Origin: Candidatus Kinetoplastidibacterium crithidiae | GTDB taxonomy: Bacteria; Pseudomonadota; Gammaproteobacteria; Burkholderiales; Burkholderiaceae_B | Length of the DNA stretch: 64,000 nucleotides | Direction of reading: 5' to 3' | Assembly (NCBI GenBank): GCA_019278155.1 | Contig: JADMLC010000001.1 | Location: forward strand, 5,162 to 69,161 | Part shown: in pieces, positions 19,245-28,921 of the stretch | How the letters are laid out: every line of letters begins with the position of its first letter | Position numbering within the stretch: position 1 is the first letter of the stretch | Translations under genes and position numbers: made by a program | The notes under the pieces: generated by a model | The model's database searches: none | Seen by the model: the letters and a program-made list of their open reading frames with translations, nothing else | Told to the model about the DNA's origin: nothing

Positions 19245-20555
19245 CTATTCTCCATTAATACGATATTGAGCACTTGCTGCATGTGCCTGTAAACCTTCTC
19301 CTAATGCAAGATCGACAGCTATTTTCCCTAATTCTATTGCTCCTGTTTTAGAAACATTAATCAAGCTAGAGCGTTTTTGGAAATCATATACTCCAAGAGG
19401 AGATGAAAATCTAGCTGTGCGTGATGTCGGTAATACATGATTAGGACCAGCACAGTAATCACCAAGTGACTCTGAGGTAAATTTTCCCAGAAATATGGCA
19501 CCAGCATGTTTAATAGAACCTAAAATTTTATTAGGATCTTCTATAGAAATTTCTAGGTGTTCAGGAGCTATTTTATTTGCAATATCACAAGCTTCTTCTA
19601 AATCTTTTACTTTAATCAGAATACCTCTATTAGATAAACTTTTTTTCAATATTTCTTGTCTAGGCATTTCTGGTAGTAATTTATCTATAGCCATCTGTAC
19701 TTGTTTTATAAAAGATTCATCAGGGCATAGCAATATAGATTGAGCTAATTCATCGTGTTCTGCTTGTGAAAACAAATCCATAGCTATCCATTCTGCTGGA
19801 GTTTTTCCATCACATATAATAAGAATCTCACTTGGTCCAGCTATCATGTCTATTCCAACTGTGCCAAAAACTTTTTTCTTTGCAGATGCTACATAAGCAT
19901 TTCCTGGTCCAACTATTTTATCAACCTGAGATATAGTTTCTGTGCCGTATGCTAGAGCTCCTATGGCCTGAGCCCCACCAATAGTTAATATACGGTCTAC
20001 TTCACATATAGCAGCAGCAGCTAAAACTAGAGGATTCATATAACTGTCAGGAGTTGGGGAAGTTATAATCAATTCTGGAACTCCAGCTACTTTGGCTGGT
20101 ATAGCATTCATAAGAACGGATGATGGATAAGCGGCTTTCCCTCCAGGAACATACAAACCAACTTTATCTATTGCTGAGATTTTTTGTCCTAGCGTTGTAC
20201 CATCTTTTTCTGTGTATTGCCAGGTCTCTGTTTTTTGATATTCATGATACTTTTTAATTCTTGCTGCTGATAATTCTAAAGAGTTCTTTTGATGTTTTGG
20301 AATGCTATCTAAGGCTTCTAACCATTTGCTTTTTGGTATTTCTAGTTCTGAAGCTCGCTTTACATTTATTCTGTCTAATTGATTAGTATATTTTATTAAT
20401 GCCTCATCACCTTGAGTTTTGATATCTGATAATATAGATTCTACAGTTTGTTCTATAGATTTATCTTCTTTTGAGTTAAAAGATAGCAGTTTAGAAAGTT
20501 TCACGTAAAAATCTTCTTCACATGAATTCAGATAGTTAATTTTAATCATGTTCAC
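19245..20555 (-). CDS. hisD: histidinol dehydrogenase
   Basis: 436 aa. [14 protein letters not shown] and [12 protein letters not shown] motifs. Confidence 0.95.
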   Translation of the reverse strand: MNMIKINYLNSCEEDFYVKLSKLLSFNSKEDKSIEQTVESILSDIKTQGDEALIKYTNQLDRINVKRASELEIPKSKWLEALDSIPKHQKNSLELSAARIKKYHEYQKTETWQYTEKDGTTLGQKISAIDKVGLYVPGGKAAYPSSVLMNAIPAKVAGVPELIITSPTPDSYMNPLVLAAAAICEVDRILTIGGAQAIGALAYGTETISQVDKIVGPGNAYVASAKKKVFGTVGIDMIAGPSEILIICDGKTPAEWIAMDLFSQAEHDELAQSILLCPDESFIKQVQMAIDKLLPEMPRQEILKKSLSNRGILIKVKDLEEACDIANKIAPEHLEISIEDPNKILGSIKHAGAIFLGKFTSESLGDYCAGPNHVLPTSRTARFSSPLGVYDFQKRSSLINVSKTGAIELGKIAVDLALGEGLQAHAASAQYRINGE

Positions 20556-20587
20556 ATATCCATTTTTATACTAAAGAATTAATATTT

Positions 20588-21253
20588 TTAATTACTAGCC
20601 TTATGAAAAGCATTCATTAATGGTTTCAGCTTATCTCCCCTATTTTTTAAAGAAGCCCTATTAACTACTAATCTTGAAGATATTAGCATTATATCCTCAA
20701 CAGGAACTAAGCCATTAACTCTTAATGTATCGCCTGTAGAGACAACATCAACAATTGCATCTGCTAATCCAACCAGAGGAGCTAGCTCCATGGAGCCATA
20801 AAGTTTGATTATATCTACATATACACCTTTTGTAGCAAAATATTCTCTGGTCAGTTTAACATATTTTGTTGCCACTCTTAGTCTAGCTCCTTGTTTTACA
20901 GCATCTGCATAGTTGAAATCCTTGCGAACAGCAACTGATAGTTTGCATTTGGCAATATTTAGATCAATTGGTTGATATAAACTACCAGGATGTTGAGCAG
21001 AATGCTCGATTAATACATCTTTTCCAGCTATTCCTAGGTCAGCAGCACCATATTGAACATATGTTGGCACATCAGATGCTCTTAGTATCAAAAGTCTCAA
21101 GTTGGGGCTGCTAGTTGGTATAATTAGTTTTCTAGATTTTTCAGGATTCTCCATTACTTGTATTCCAGCATCAGCTAATAGAGGCATTGTTTCTTCAAAA
21201 ATTCTACCCTTAGATAGAGCAAGAGTGATTTGTATATCTGAAGATTCTTTCAT
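20588..21253 (-). CDS. hisG: ATP phosphoribosyltransferase, short (HisZ-dependent) form
   Basis: 221 aa. [22 protein letters not shown] and STGDTLR motifs. Its length fits the short HisG class. Confidence 0.9.
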   Translation of the reverse strand: MKESSDIQITLALSKGRIFEETMPLLADAGIQVMENPEKSRKLIIPTSSPNLRLLILRASDVPTYVQYGAADLGIAGKDVLIEHSAQHPGSLYQPIDLNIAKCKLSVAVRKDFNYADAVKQGARLRVATKYVKLTREYFATKGVYVDIIKLYGSMELAPLVGLADAIVDVVSTGDTLRVNGLVPVEDIMLISSRLVVNRASLKNRGDKLKPLMNAFHKASN

Positions 21254-21256
21254 TCT

Positions 21257-22525
21257 TTATTCCTTTCTAGGTGTTCTTAGAATATTGGCTCCCAACATTC
21301 TAAGTTTTTCTTCCATTTTTTCATATCCACGATCTAAATGATATATGGATTCTATTATTGTTGTTCCTTTAGATGCTAAAGCTGCTATAACTAAACTAGC
21401 TGAAGCTCTTAGGTCAGTTGCTTTTACAGTTGTACCATAAAGTTTATTAACTCCACGAACTATGGCTTGGTTGCCGTCTATGGTAATATCAGCCCCCATT
21501 CTTCTTAATTCAGGTACATGCATATATCTATTTTCAAAAATGTTTTCTGTTATTAGAGATGTTCCATTAGCGATAGTATTCATTGCCATAAACTGTGCTT
21601 GCATATCTGTAGCTAAACCTGGATATTCACTAGTGTAAATGTTTACAGCATTAGGTTTTTTATCCATTTTACATTTTAACCAATTATGTCCAATTTCTAT
21701 CTCTAATCCAGCTTCTTTTAATTTGTTGAGAGTAGATTTCATTTCATATGGCTTGACATTTATTAGGTTAACACACCCGCCAGTAGTAGCTAATGCACAT
21801 AAGAAGGTTCCTGCTTCAATTCTATCTGGCGATATTATATATTTAGCACCATTTAAGTAGTTAACACCCTCTATTTTTATGCGTTTTGTTCCATGACCAG
21901 TAATCTTAGCCCCCATTTGTATCAGCAAATTAGCTAAGTCTGTAATTTCAGGTTCACAAGCTGCATTCTCTATTATGGTAGTTCCTTTTGCTAAAGAGGC
22001 AGCCATTATAAAATTTTCTGTACCTGTTACGGTAACTACATCTGGCCTTATTACAGTTCCTTGTAATTTTTTTGATCTGGCTATTATAAAGCCTTGTTCT
22101 ATTCTGATTTCAGCACCTAAGGCAGATAAAAATTTAATATGTTGGTCAACAGGTCTTTGTCCTATTGAACACCCTCCTGGTAAACTTATTCTTGCTTCTC
22201 CATATCTTGTCAGTAATGGTCCTAGAACTAATATAGATGCTCTCATAGTTTTCACTAAATCGTAAGGAGCTTCAGTATTTTTTATAGTATCTGCTTGAAT
22301 TATTGTTTGATTATTTTCTTTTGAAGTTTTTGCACCAAGATGTTCTAAAAGTTTTAGAATAGTTTTTACATCATCTAATTCTGGAACATTTTGTAGAATG
22401 ATGGGCTCTTCAGTTAATAGTCCTGCACATAATATTGGTAGGGCAGCATTTTTTGCCCCAGATATATAAACTTCTCCATTTAGGAGTGATTCTCCTACTA
22501 TATGTAGTTCTTCTGTGGAAATCAT
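21257..22525 (-). CDS. murA: UDP-N-acetylglucosamine 1-carboxyvinyltransferase
   Basis: 422 aa. SGAKNAALP and the active-site loop PGGCSIGQRPVDQH. Its stop lies 3 nt before the hisG start. Confidence 0.95.
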   Translation of the reverse strand: MISTEELHIVGESLLNGEVYISGAKNAALPILCAGLLTEEPIILQNVPELDDVKTILKLLEHLGAKTSKENNQTIIQADTIKNTEAPYDLVKTMRASILVLGPLLTRYGEARISLPGGCSIGQRPVDQHIKFLSALGAEIRIEQGFIIARSKKLQGTVIRPDVVTVTGTENFIMAASLAKGTTIIENAACEPEITDLANLLIQMGAKITGHGTKRIKIEGVNYLNGAKYIISPDRIEAGTFLCALATTGGCVNLINVKPYEMKSTLNKLKEAGLEIEIGHNWLKCKMDKKPNAVNIYTSEYPGLATDMQAQFMAMNTIANGTSLITENIFENRYMHVPELRRMGADITIDGNQAIVRGVNKLYGTTVKATDLRASASLVIAALASKGTTIIESIYHLDRGYEKMEEKLRMLGANILRTPRKE

Positions 22526-22568
22526 TTTACAGTTGACTGCCTTTATAATTAATTAATATTCAAATGAT

Positions 22569-23369
22569 TTAGTTCCTGATTTTATAGCCAATTGATAGTA
22601 AATATAAAGCATAAAATGCAAGCATGAAAAGCACAAAAACAGTAATAATCAGGCTTTGCCATGGGGAAACATCAGATTTATCAAAGAAACCAAAACGAAA
22701 ACCGTCTATAACATAAAACACAGGATTATATAAGGAAACTTGTTGCCAGAATTTGGGCAAATTATGGATGGAATAAAAAACTCCTGATAGAAATGTAGAT
22801 GGAACTATTAAAAAGTTCTGAAATACTGATAATTGATCATATTTTTCAGAGTACAGTCCAGCTATTATTCCTAAAGAGCCCATAATTCCACATGCTATGA
22901 TAGAAAATGTTATGACCCATAATATATTGCTTGGAAAAATGGGGAATAGCATTAAAGAAACAATCCATACACTTACCCCAACAAGCAAGCCTCTTGCAAC
23001 AGCTGCTATTATATAGGCAAAGAAAGTCTCTATAGGTGAAATAGGGGACATGAGCATAAATATTATGCTGCCTGTCATTCTGCTTTGAACTAGAGATGAT
23101 GATGGATTGGAAAAAGCATTCTGCAGCATACTCATCATCATAAGACCAGGTATGATAAAATGAGTATATGGTATGGCATTGTAAGCTATTTTGTCGCCCA
23201 TTACTTGAGAAAAAACTAGCAAATATAATATAGCTGTTGTTACTGGAGCTGCGACAGTTTGAAAGAATACTTTGTAAAATCTTAGTAATTCTTTGTACAT
23301 AAGAGTTATAAATCCTGATTTTTTTGAATTTATTATTTTTGTTACAATTTCAAATTGTGTATTTTTCAC
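22569..23369 (-). CDS. ABC-2 type transporter permease (YadH-like)
   Basis: 266 aa with about 6 predicted TM segments, adjacent to the cognate ATPase. Confidence 0.75.
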   Translation of the reverse strand: MKNTQFEIVTKIINSKKSGFITLMYKELLRFYKVFFQTVAAPVTTAILYLLVFSQVMGDKIAYNAIPYTHFIIPGLMMMSMLQNAFSNPSSSLVQSRMTGSIIFMLMSPISPIETFFAYIIAAVARGLLVGVSVWIVSLMLFPIFPSNILWVITFSIIACGIMGSLGIIAGLYSEKYDQLSVFQNFLIVPSTFLSGVFYSIHNLPKFWQQVSLYNPVFYVIDGFRFGFFDKSDVSPWQSLIITVFVLFMLAFYALYLLSIGYKIRN

Positions 23370-23380
23370 ACTATATCCTC

Positions 23381-24169
23381 TTAATTGTCGCTATCAATAT
23401 TTTTCTCGTTCATTATTTTTACAAAAGCATCTTCCAACCCTTGTCCTCCTCCCTTGGATAGAATTTCTTTAGTATAATCAAGAGCTACAAGTTTGCCTTC
23501 TTTTAGAATTGCCAATCTTTCACAAAGAGCTTCAGCTTCCTCTAAGTAGTGTGTAGTTAATAAAATAGTATGTCCATGCTTATTTAGACGAGAGATGAAT
23601 TCCCATAAAGTGTGTCTTAATTCTACATCAACACCAGCTGTTGGTTCATCTAAAATTATAACAGGTGGTTTATGAACTAATGCTTGTGCTACCAAAACTC
23701 TTCTTTTCATACCACCAGATAATGTGCGCATATTTGCATTTGATTTATCGCTTAGGCCTAGGTTATGTAAAACCTCATCTATCCAATCATCATTTTTTCT
23801 CAATCCAAAGTAACCTGATTGTATACGCAGAGTTTCTCTTACTGTGAAGAATGGATCATATAATAGTTCTTGAGGCACAACACCTAATATTCTTCTAGTT
23901 TTATCAAAATCATGAACCACATCAAAACCATAAATTTTCGCATGACCTGAGCTAGGATATGATAGTCCAGATAGTATGGATATAATAGTGGTTTTTCCTG
24001 CACCATTTGGACCAAGGAGTCCAAAAAATTCACCTGGCTTTATTTTAAGGTCTATGTTTTGTAAAGCTGGTTTATTTTTTGCCGAATTTTCATTTTTATT
24101 AAAAATAAAACAATTTGTAGATTTTTGTTGATATGTTTTTGATATTTTTTCTAGGCTAATGGCTAACAT
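23381..24169 (-). CDS. ABC transporter ATP-binding protein (YadG-like)
   Basis: 262 aa. Walker A GPNGAGKTT, signature LSGGMKRR and Walker B VIILDEPT. Confidence 0.85.
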   Translation of the reverse strand: MLAISLEKISKTYQQKSTNCFIFNKNENSAKNKPALQNIDLKIKPGEFFGLLGPNGAGKTTIISILSGLSYPSSGHAKIYGFDVVHDFDKTRRILGVVPQELLYDPFFTVRETLRIQSGYFGLRKNDDWIDEVLHNLGLSDKSNANMRTLSGGMKRRVLVAQALVHKPPVIILDEPTAGVDVELRHTLWEFISRLNKHGHTILLTTHYLEEAEALCERLAILKEGKLVALDYTKEILSKGGGQGLEDAFVKIMNEKNIDSDN

Positions 24170-24205
24170 ATATGCTTTTATTAAAAATATTTCGAAGTAA
24201 TTTAA

Positions 24206-24820
24206 TCAATTGTCATTTAATTTTTTGATTAAATTATTTATGCCAGATTTATTAATTTCTTTATTAAATTGAGATCTATAGTTTTCTACCAACCAAAGCC
24301 CTTCTATGCTTACGTCATATATTTTCCATTTGTTTTCAGTCATGGAAAGCCTATAACCTATTTGTATGCTTTGTCCATTTGGTTCTTTTATAATTGACTT
24401 AGCTATTGTATTACCGTTGTCAACACCCGCCTTGTTTACACAGGTAGACATTGTGGCATTTGGAGAAATTTGTAATAATGCCATTGAGTAAGTCTTAATT
24501 AGTTTTTTACGAAATAGATCTATTAATTCTTCTTTTTGTTCGTTTGTAGCTGTTTTCCAATGACGCCCAGCAGTTAGTTTAGTCATTTTTTGAAAATCTA
24601 CGTGTGGTAGCATGTAGATTTTGACGATTTCATTTAGTTTCAACAAATCAACTTTAGCTGGATCCAGTTCTCTTTTCATGGCAGATATTGCTTCTTCAGA
24701 GACTCTTAGCAAAAATTTATCAGCAGGTTCTAAAAAGTTAGATTGTGCATAAGCGTTGCAAAAAAAAACTACACTTAATAAACCATATAATAAACTTTTC
24801 AAGCATTTATCTATAAACAT
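24206..24820 (-). CDS. mlaC: phospholipid-binding periplasmic protein MlaC (Ttg2D/toluene-tolerance family)
   Basis: 204 aa. Signal peptide, MlaC-like motifs (..MLPHVDFQKMTKLTAGRHW..; WKIYDV.IEG) and location in the mla cluster. Confidence 0.8.
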   Translation of the reverse strand: MFIDKCLKSLLYGLLSVVFFCNAYAQSNFLEPADKFLLRVSEEAISAMKRELDPAKVDLLKLNEIVKIYMLPHVDFQKMTKLTAGRHWKTATNEQKEELIDLFRKKLIKTYSMALLQISPNATMSTCVNKAGVDNGNTIAKSIIKEPNGQSIQIGYRLSMTENKWKIYDVSIEGLWLVENYRSQFNKEINKSGINNLIKKLNDN

Positions 24821-24853
24821 GTTTGTTATACTCTTTTATATTCAAGTGTTTTA

Positions 24854-25555
24854 TTATTCATCATCATACATAGTATCTTCTAGGTTTTCATGGATCATAA
24901 TTTCTCTTTTTTTAGAATAAGCATTTTTTATCAAAGAGTAATGATCAATTGAAATTTCCTTAATAAGATCTGTCATATGCATGATTTTAGCACGATAATT
25001 AATTATTGATAAAATTGATAGGAAATTATAGTGTTCTGAGTTATATTTTCTGAGCGGGTTAAATATTTGATTGATGCTCATTCCTATAAGATCACGTGTG
25101 TTACTTGGCCCTACCAAAGGAATAACAAGGTATGGCCCAGGAGGGATACCCCATTTGCCTAAAGTTATGCCAAAATCATTTTGTATTTTTTCTGCACCAG
25201 ATATAGATGCTACATCAAAAATCCCAAACATACCCATTGTGGAGTTAAATAAAAATCTTCCAAGGGTATTTATTCCATCTATTCCTCGTCCTTGAAGAAA
25301 ACAATTCATAGCAGATTGCAAGTCGTCTATATTACTAAAAAAATTATTTACAGATGATTGAACTGGTTTTGGTATTATATAATTATAAGATTTTGCTGCA
25401 GGCAACAGAATTACTTCATCCACAGAAGAGTTGATGTTATGAGCTGTTCTATTCAGTTTTTCAATATTGTTAATTACAATATCTTTTTGAAAATAGCTAG
25501 TGGTATTGCATCCAGACAGCATCAAAGATAAGATGACTAATAGAATTTTTGTCAT
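24854..25555 (-). CDS. mlaA: outer-membrane lipoprotein MlaA (VacJ family)
   Basis: 233 aa. Lipobox LMLSGC and VacJ-like motifs (DFGITLGKWG, GPYLVIPLVGPSNTRD). Confidence 0.8.
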   Translation of the reverse strand: MTKILLVILSLMLSGCNTTSYFQKDIVINNIEKLNRTAHNINSSVDEVILLPAAKSYNYIIPKPVQSSVNNFFSNIDDLQSAMNCFLQGRGIDGINTLGRFLFNSTMGMFGIFDVASISGAEKIQNDFGITLGKWGIPPGPYLVIPLVGPSNTRDLIGMSINQIFNPLRKYNSEHYNFLSILSIINYRAKIMHMTDLIKEISIDHYSLIKNAYSKKREIMIHENLEDTMYDDE

Positions 25556-25592
25556 AAATAATTCGCAGTAATTTGAGTAATTAATAGTGTTA

Positions 25593-26096
25593 TTAGTATT
25601 GATTAGTGAAAATACTATTGGATTTAGTTAAATCATCTTTTTCTACAAGAAAGTAAAGTAATTTACCGACCAAGTGTTCTATTGATAAAGCACTTTGGGT
25701 ATTAACAATTACCCCTTTATCTTCTAATATTGCTTCTTCAGCACCTGGAGTCAATCCTATAAATTGCTCACCTAGAATTCCAGAGGTTAAAATTGAGGCA
25801 GTAGTATCAATAGGGAATGGGATTTTTTTATCAATTTCTATAACAACATCTGCTAAAAGAGTTTTATTGTTAAAATGCACCTTTTTAACTCTACCAACCT
25901 TGACTCCAGCGCTTTTAACTGGAGCATTAGTTTTTAATCCTCCTATGTCTTCAAAATGTGTTGTAATAGTATAGACAGAAGAAAATGAAGCAGATCTCAT
26001 ATTGCTAGCATATAACGCTAGAAAAACAAAAGATATAACTCCTATTATAACAAACAGGCCGACCCATGCTTCTATTTTATATTTTTTTGTATACAT
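25593..26096 (-). CDS. mlaD: MCE-domain protein MlaD
   Basis: 167 aa. N-terminal TM anchor followed by an MCE domain (GLK..APVK.AGVKVGRV). Confidence 0.8.
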   Translation of the reverse strand: MYTKKYKIEAWVGLFVIIGVISFVFLALYASNMRSASFSSVYTITTHFEDIGGLKTNAPVKSAGVKVGRVKKVHFNNKTLLADVVIEIDKKIPFPIDTTASILTSGILGEQFIGLTPGAEEAILEDKGVIVNTQSALSIEHLVGKLLYFLVEKDDLTKSNSIFTNQY

Positions 26097-26100
26097 AAAA

Positions 26101-26904
26101 TTATTTCGTGAACATTATAATAGTTAATAGAAAATTTATTGCTAATATCGATAAATAACCGTTTACTACCGAATTAGTTATGGATTCAGAAACACCTTCT
26201 GGCGTAGAGCGAGATTCCCATCCTTGATATAAGGATATTAATGAAGCAACAATTCCGAAGATAATACTTTTTATCAATCCATTTAGTATGTCATTTTTTA
26301 GACTTATGCCGTATTGTATTTGAGACCAAAAAACTCCTTGGTCAATTCCAGATAGAATCACTCCTATTGTCCATCCTCCTATAATTCCTGATACAGAAAA
26401 AATTAATGATAATAATGGCACTGATATTGTTCCGGCCCAAAACCTAGGAGCTAAGATGATTTTTGCCGGATTTATAGCCATAATTTCCATGGCTATAATT
26501 TGTTCTTCAGCTTTCATAAATGCAGTTTCTGCTGTCATAGCAGTACCAGCTCTACCTATAAATACCATTGCTGTTACAACGGGAGAAAGTTCACGTACTA
26601 GGGCTAGTGCTATTGTAAAACCAAGAACATCTTCTGCTTTATATTTATTAAGTATATAGTAACCTTGTAATCCTAGAATACATCCTATAAACAAGCCGGA
26701 AATAACAGTGATTAATATGGATTTATTTCCTAGAAAAAAAATTTGTTTTATTAATAGCTTAGGCCTTTGAAAAATTACGCTACTACAAGACAATATTTTA
26801 AGAAAGAAACAAATGAATCTTCCTATGTTTGATGTTATGCGGTAGATCCAGTAAATTATGTCAGATATTGTAATCATATTTTTTGTTCTTGCTCTTTTAG
26901 CCAT
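26101..26904 (-). CDS. mlaE: ABC permease MlaE
   Basis: 267 aa as drawn. The internal ATG at 26877 forms an ATGA overlap with the mlaF stop (26874..26876) and gives 258 aa, so it is an equally likely start. Multi-TM MlaE-like sequence (VRELSPVVTA). Confidence 0.85.
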   Translation of the reverse strand: MAKRARTKNMITISDIIYWIYRITSNIGRFICFFLKILSCSSVIFQRPKLLIKQIFFLGNKSILITVISGLFIGCILGLQGYYILNKYKAEDVLGFTIALALVRELSPVVTAMVFIGRAGTAMTAETAFMKAEEQIIAMEIMAINPAKIILAPRFWAGTISVPLLSLIFSVSGIIGGWTIGVILSGIDQGVFWSQIQYGISLKNDILNGLIKSIIFGIVASLISLYQGWESRSTPEGVSESITNSVVNGYLSILAINFLLTIIMFTK

Positions 26905-27692
26905 TTTTTATATTCTTCTGTTTCTGGGTAATGAAAGGCTACTGGCCCATCAATATTACCTTGTATGAATTGTTGAACATAAGGATTATTTGAATTTACT
27001 AGTTCTAATGGTGTTCCTGAGGCAGCTATCATGCCATTGTCTATTATATAAACTATATCAGATATTTTGAAGGTTTCTCTTACATTATGAGTTATGAGTA
27101 ATGATGTACATTCATTTTTTTTTGATAGTGTTTTTATGAGATCTGCTATTATTCCTGATGAAATAGGGTCCAGCCCTGAAAAAGGTTCATCATATAATAC
27201 GAGTTTTGGATTTAATATTATTGCTCTTGCTAGAGCAACACGTTTTGCCATTCCTCCAGATATCTTTGTTATTGGTAGGTGTGCTGCAGCTTTTAATCCA
27301 ACGCTGTCAAGTTTCTCTAAAACTATTGTTGTTAATTCACGATTAGATATTACACTAAGCTCAGTTAAAGGAAGAGCTATGTTTTCAAATATATTTAGGT
27401 CTGAGAATAATGCCCCATGTTGAAATAATACACCTAAATTTTTCCTCAAATCTTTGAGGTCTTTATTAGATATATTGCCTATATCTTTATCAAAGATATG
27501 GATGCTGCCATGTTTTATTGGGATTTGACCAGTTATTGTTTTGAGTAAGGTCGTTTTCCCTGAGCCAGATCTACCCATAATTGCTATAATTTTGCCTTTT
27601 TCTGCCTTTAGGGAAATATTATTCAATATTATTCTATTTCCATAACCTGCAAATAAATTACTTAAAGTTAGAGCATTGTTAGTTTTATTCAT
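26874..27692 (-). CDS. mlaF: ABC ATPase MlaF
   Basis: 272 aa. Walker A GRSGSGKTT, signature ISGGMAKR and Walker B LVLYDEPF. Confidence 0.9.
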   Translation of the reverse strand: MNKTNNALTLSNLFAGYGNRIILNNISLKAEKGKIIAIMGRSGSGKTTLLKTITGQIPIKHGSIHIFDKDIGNISNKDLKDLRKNLGVLFQHGALFSDLNIFENIALPLTELSVISNRELTTIVLEKLDSVGLKAAAHLPITKISGGMAKRVALARAIILNPKLVLYDEPFSGLDPISSGIIADLIKTLSKKNECTSLLITHNVRETFKISDIVYIIDNGMIAASGTPLELVNSNNPYVQQFIQGNIDGPVAFHYPETEEYKKWLKEQEQKI

Positions 27693-27981
27693 AATATTAC
27701 ATAGTTTTATTATATTTTTTTATTTATAATTATATAATTGATTTATAGTTTTCATGCATTTTTGTTTATAATTTTTCTAAATGATTCTAAATTTAAAGCA
27801 TTATTTCATAAATTATATTGAGATGATCGTTTATAATGAACTATGTTGTCAAAGCGTGCTCATAAGATAGTCTAGTTAATGCAACATACAGGTAAGATAG
27901 TACGATAAGGTGAAAAATGTTGTATATATTCATTTTGTTGCTCTGTTAATCGATATGGATATAAAAACAGGGAGTGCGATT

Positions 27982-28878
27982 ATGGATACTAATAATTTCT
28001 TAGTTCCTTTTAAGAAAGATATATCTATTCATGATGAATTTAATTTTGGTAATCTTGGTACTATAGAGGCTTATATATCAGCTGTAAATAAATTACCAAT
28101 TTTATCTGCGGAATTAGAGCTAGAATTAGCAAGAAAGTTAAGAGACACTGGTAGTTTAGAAGCAGCAAGGAAGCTTGTTTTATCACATTTGCGCTTAGTT
28201 GTTTCTATTGCTAGACAATATCTTGGTTATGGCTTGCCTCATGCTGATTTAATACAAGAAGGTAATATAGGTCTTATGAAAGCTATAAGAAGATTTGATC
28301 CAGAACGTGGAGTTAGGCTTATGTCATTTGCAGTTCATTGGATTAAAGCTGAAATACATGAGTTTGTTATCAAAAACTGGCGTTTGGTAAAAGTTGCTAC
28401 AACGAAAGCTCAGCGTAAAATATTTTTTAATCTTCGTAGTATGAACTCTAATAATTCTTCACTTGATTCTAAACAGGTTAGTAATGTAGCTAATGTTTTG
28501 AGTGTTCGTGAAGAAGATGTACGTGAAATGGAGACAAGATTATACGGAGGTGATATTCCTCTTGATGGGCCAGCACAGCAAGAAGATAATGTTAAAACAT
28601 TTCCAATATATTATTTATCAGATGATCGTAATTGTCCTGATAATGTATTGGAACAAAAATCTATAGATTTAATGCAAACTGAAGGTTTGCAGGGGGCTTT
28701 AGATATTTTAGATGAACGTTCTCGTAGAATTGTAGAGTCTCGATGGTTAAAAGATAAAGAAAATTTAACGTTAAATGATTTGGCCAAAGAATTTGGTGTT
28801 TCTGCAGAAAGAATTAGGCAAATAGAGTCTGCTGCTATGAAAAAAATGAGAAGTTTTTTACTAGAGTATTCCAAATAG
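27982..28878 (+). CDS. rpoH: RNA polymerase sigma-32 (heat-shock sigma factor)
   Basis: Region 2 DLIQEGNIGLMKAIRRFD, the diagnostic RpoH box TTKAQRKIFFNLR, and region 4 GVSAERIRQIE. I place the start at ATG 27982, with AGGGAG about 8 nt upstream. The track ORF begins at GTG 27910 and would add a 24-aa hydrophobic extension that I consider unlikely. Confidence 0.9.
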   Translation: MDTNNFLVPFKKDISIHDEFNFGNLGTIEAYISAVNKLPILSAELELELARKLRDTGSLEAARKLVLSHLRLVVSIARQYLGYGLPHADLIQEGNIGLMKAIRRFDPERGVRLMSFAVHWIKAEIHEFVIKNWRLVKVATTKAQRKIFFNLRSMNSNNSSLDSKQVSNVANVLSVREEDVREMETRLYGGDIPLDGPAQQEDNVKTFPIYYLSDDRNCPDNVLEQKSIDLMQTEGLQGALDILDERSRRIVESRWLKDKENLTLNDLAKEFGVSAERIRQIESAAMKKMRSFLLEYSK

Positions 28879-28921
28879 AATACAAAAATTTAATTTATAT
28901 TAATTTGTTTTAGGAAGTTTT

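Noticed and set aside
27863-27901. Direct 9-nt repeat TAAGATAGT twice, 30 bp apart, upstream of rpoH. I considered it as a regulator binding site.
   Set aside because: My rough estimate gives dozens of 9-nt direct repeats at offsets under 50 bp in a window of this composition, so it is not distinguishable from chance.
27910-27981. N-terminal 24-codon extension of rpoH from GTG 27910 (MKNVVYIHFVALLIDMDIKTGSAI).
   Set aside because: The extension is hydrophobic and not sigma-like. ATG 27982 has an AGGGAG ribosome-binding site and gives a length matching known sigma-32 proteins.
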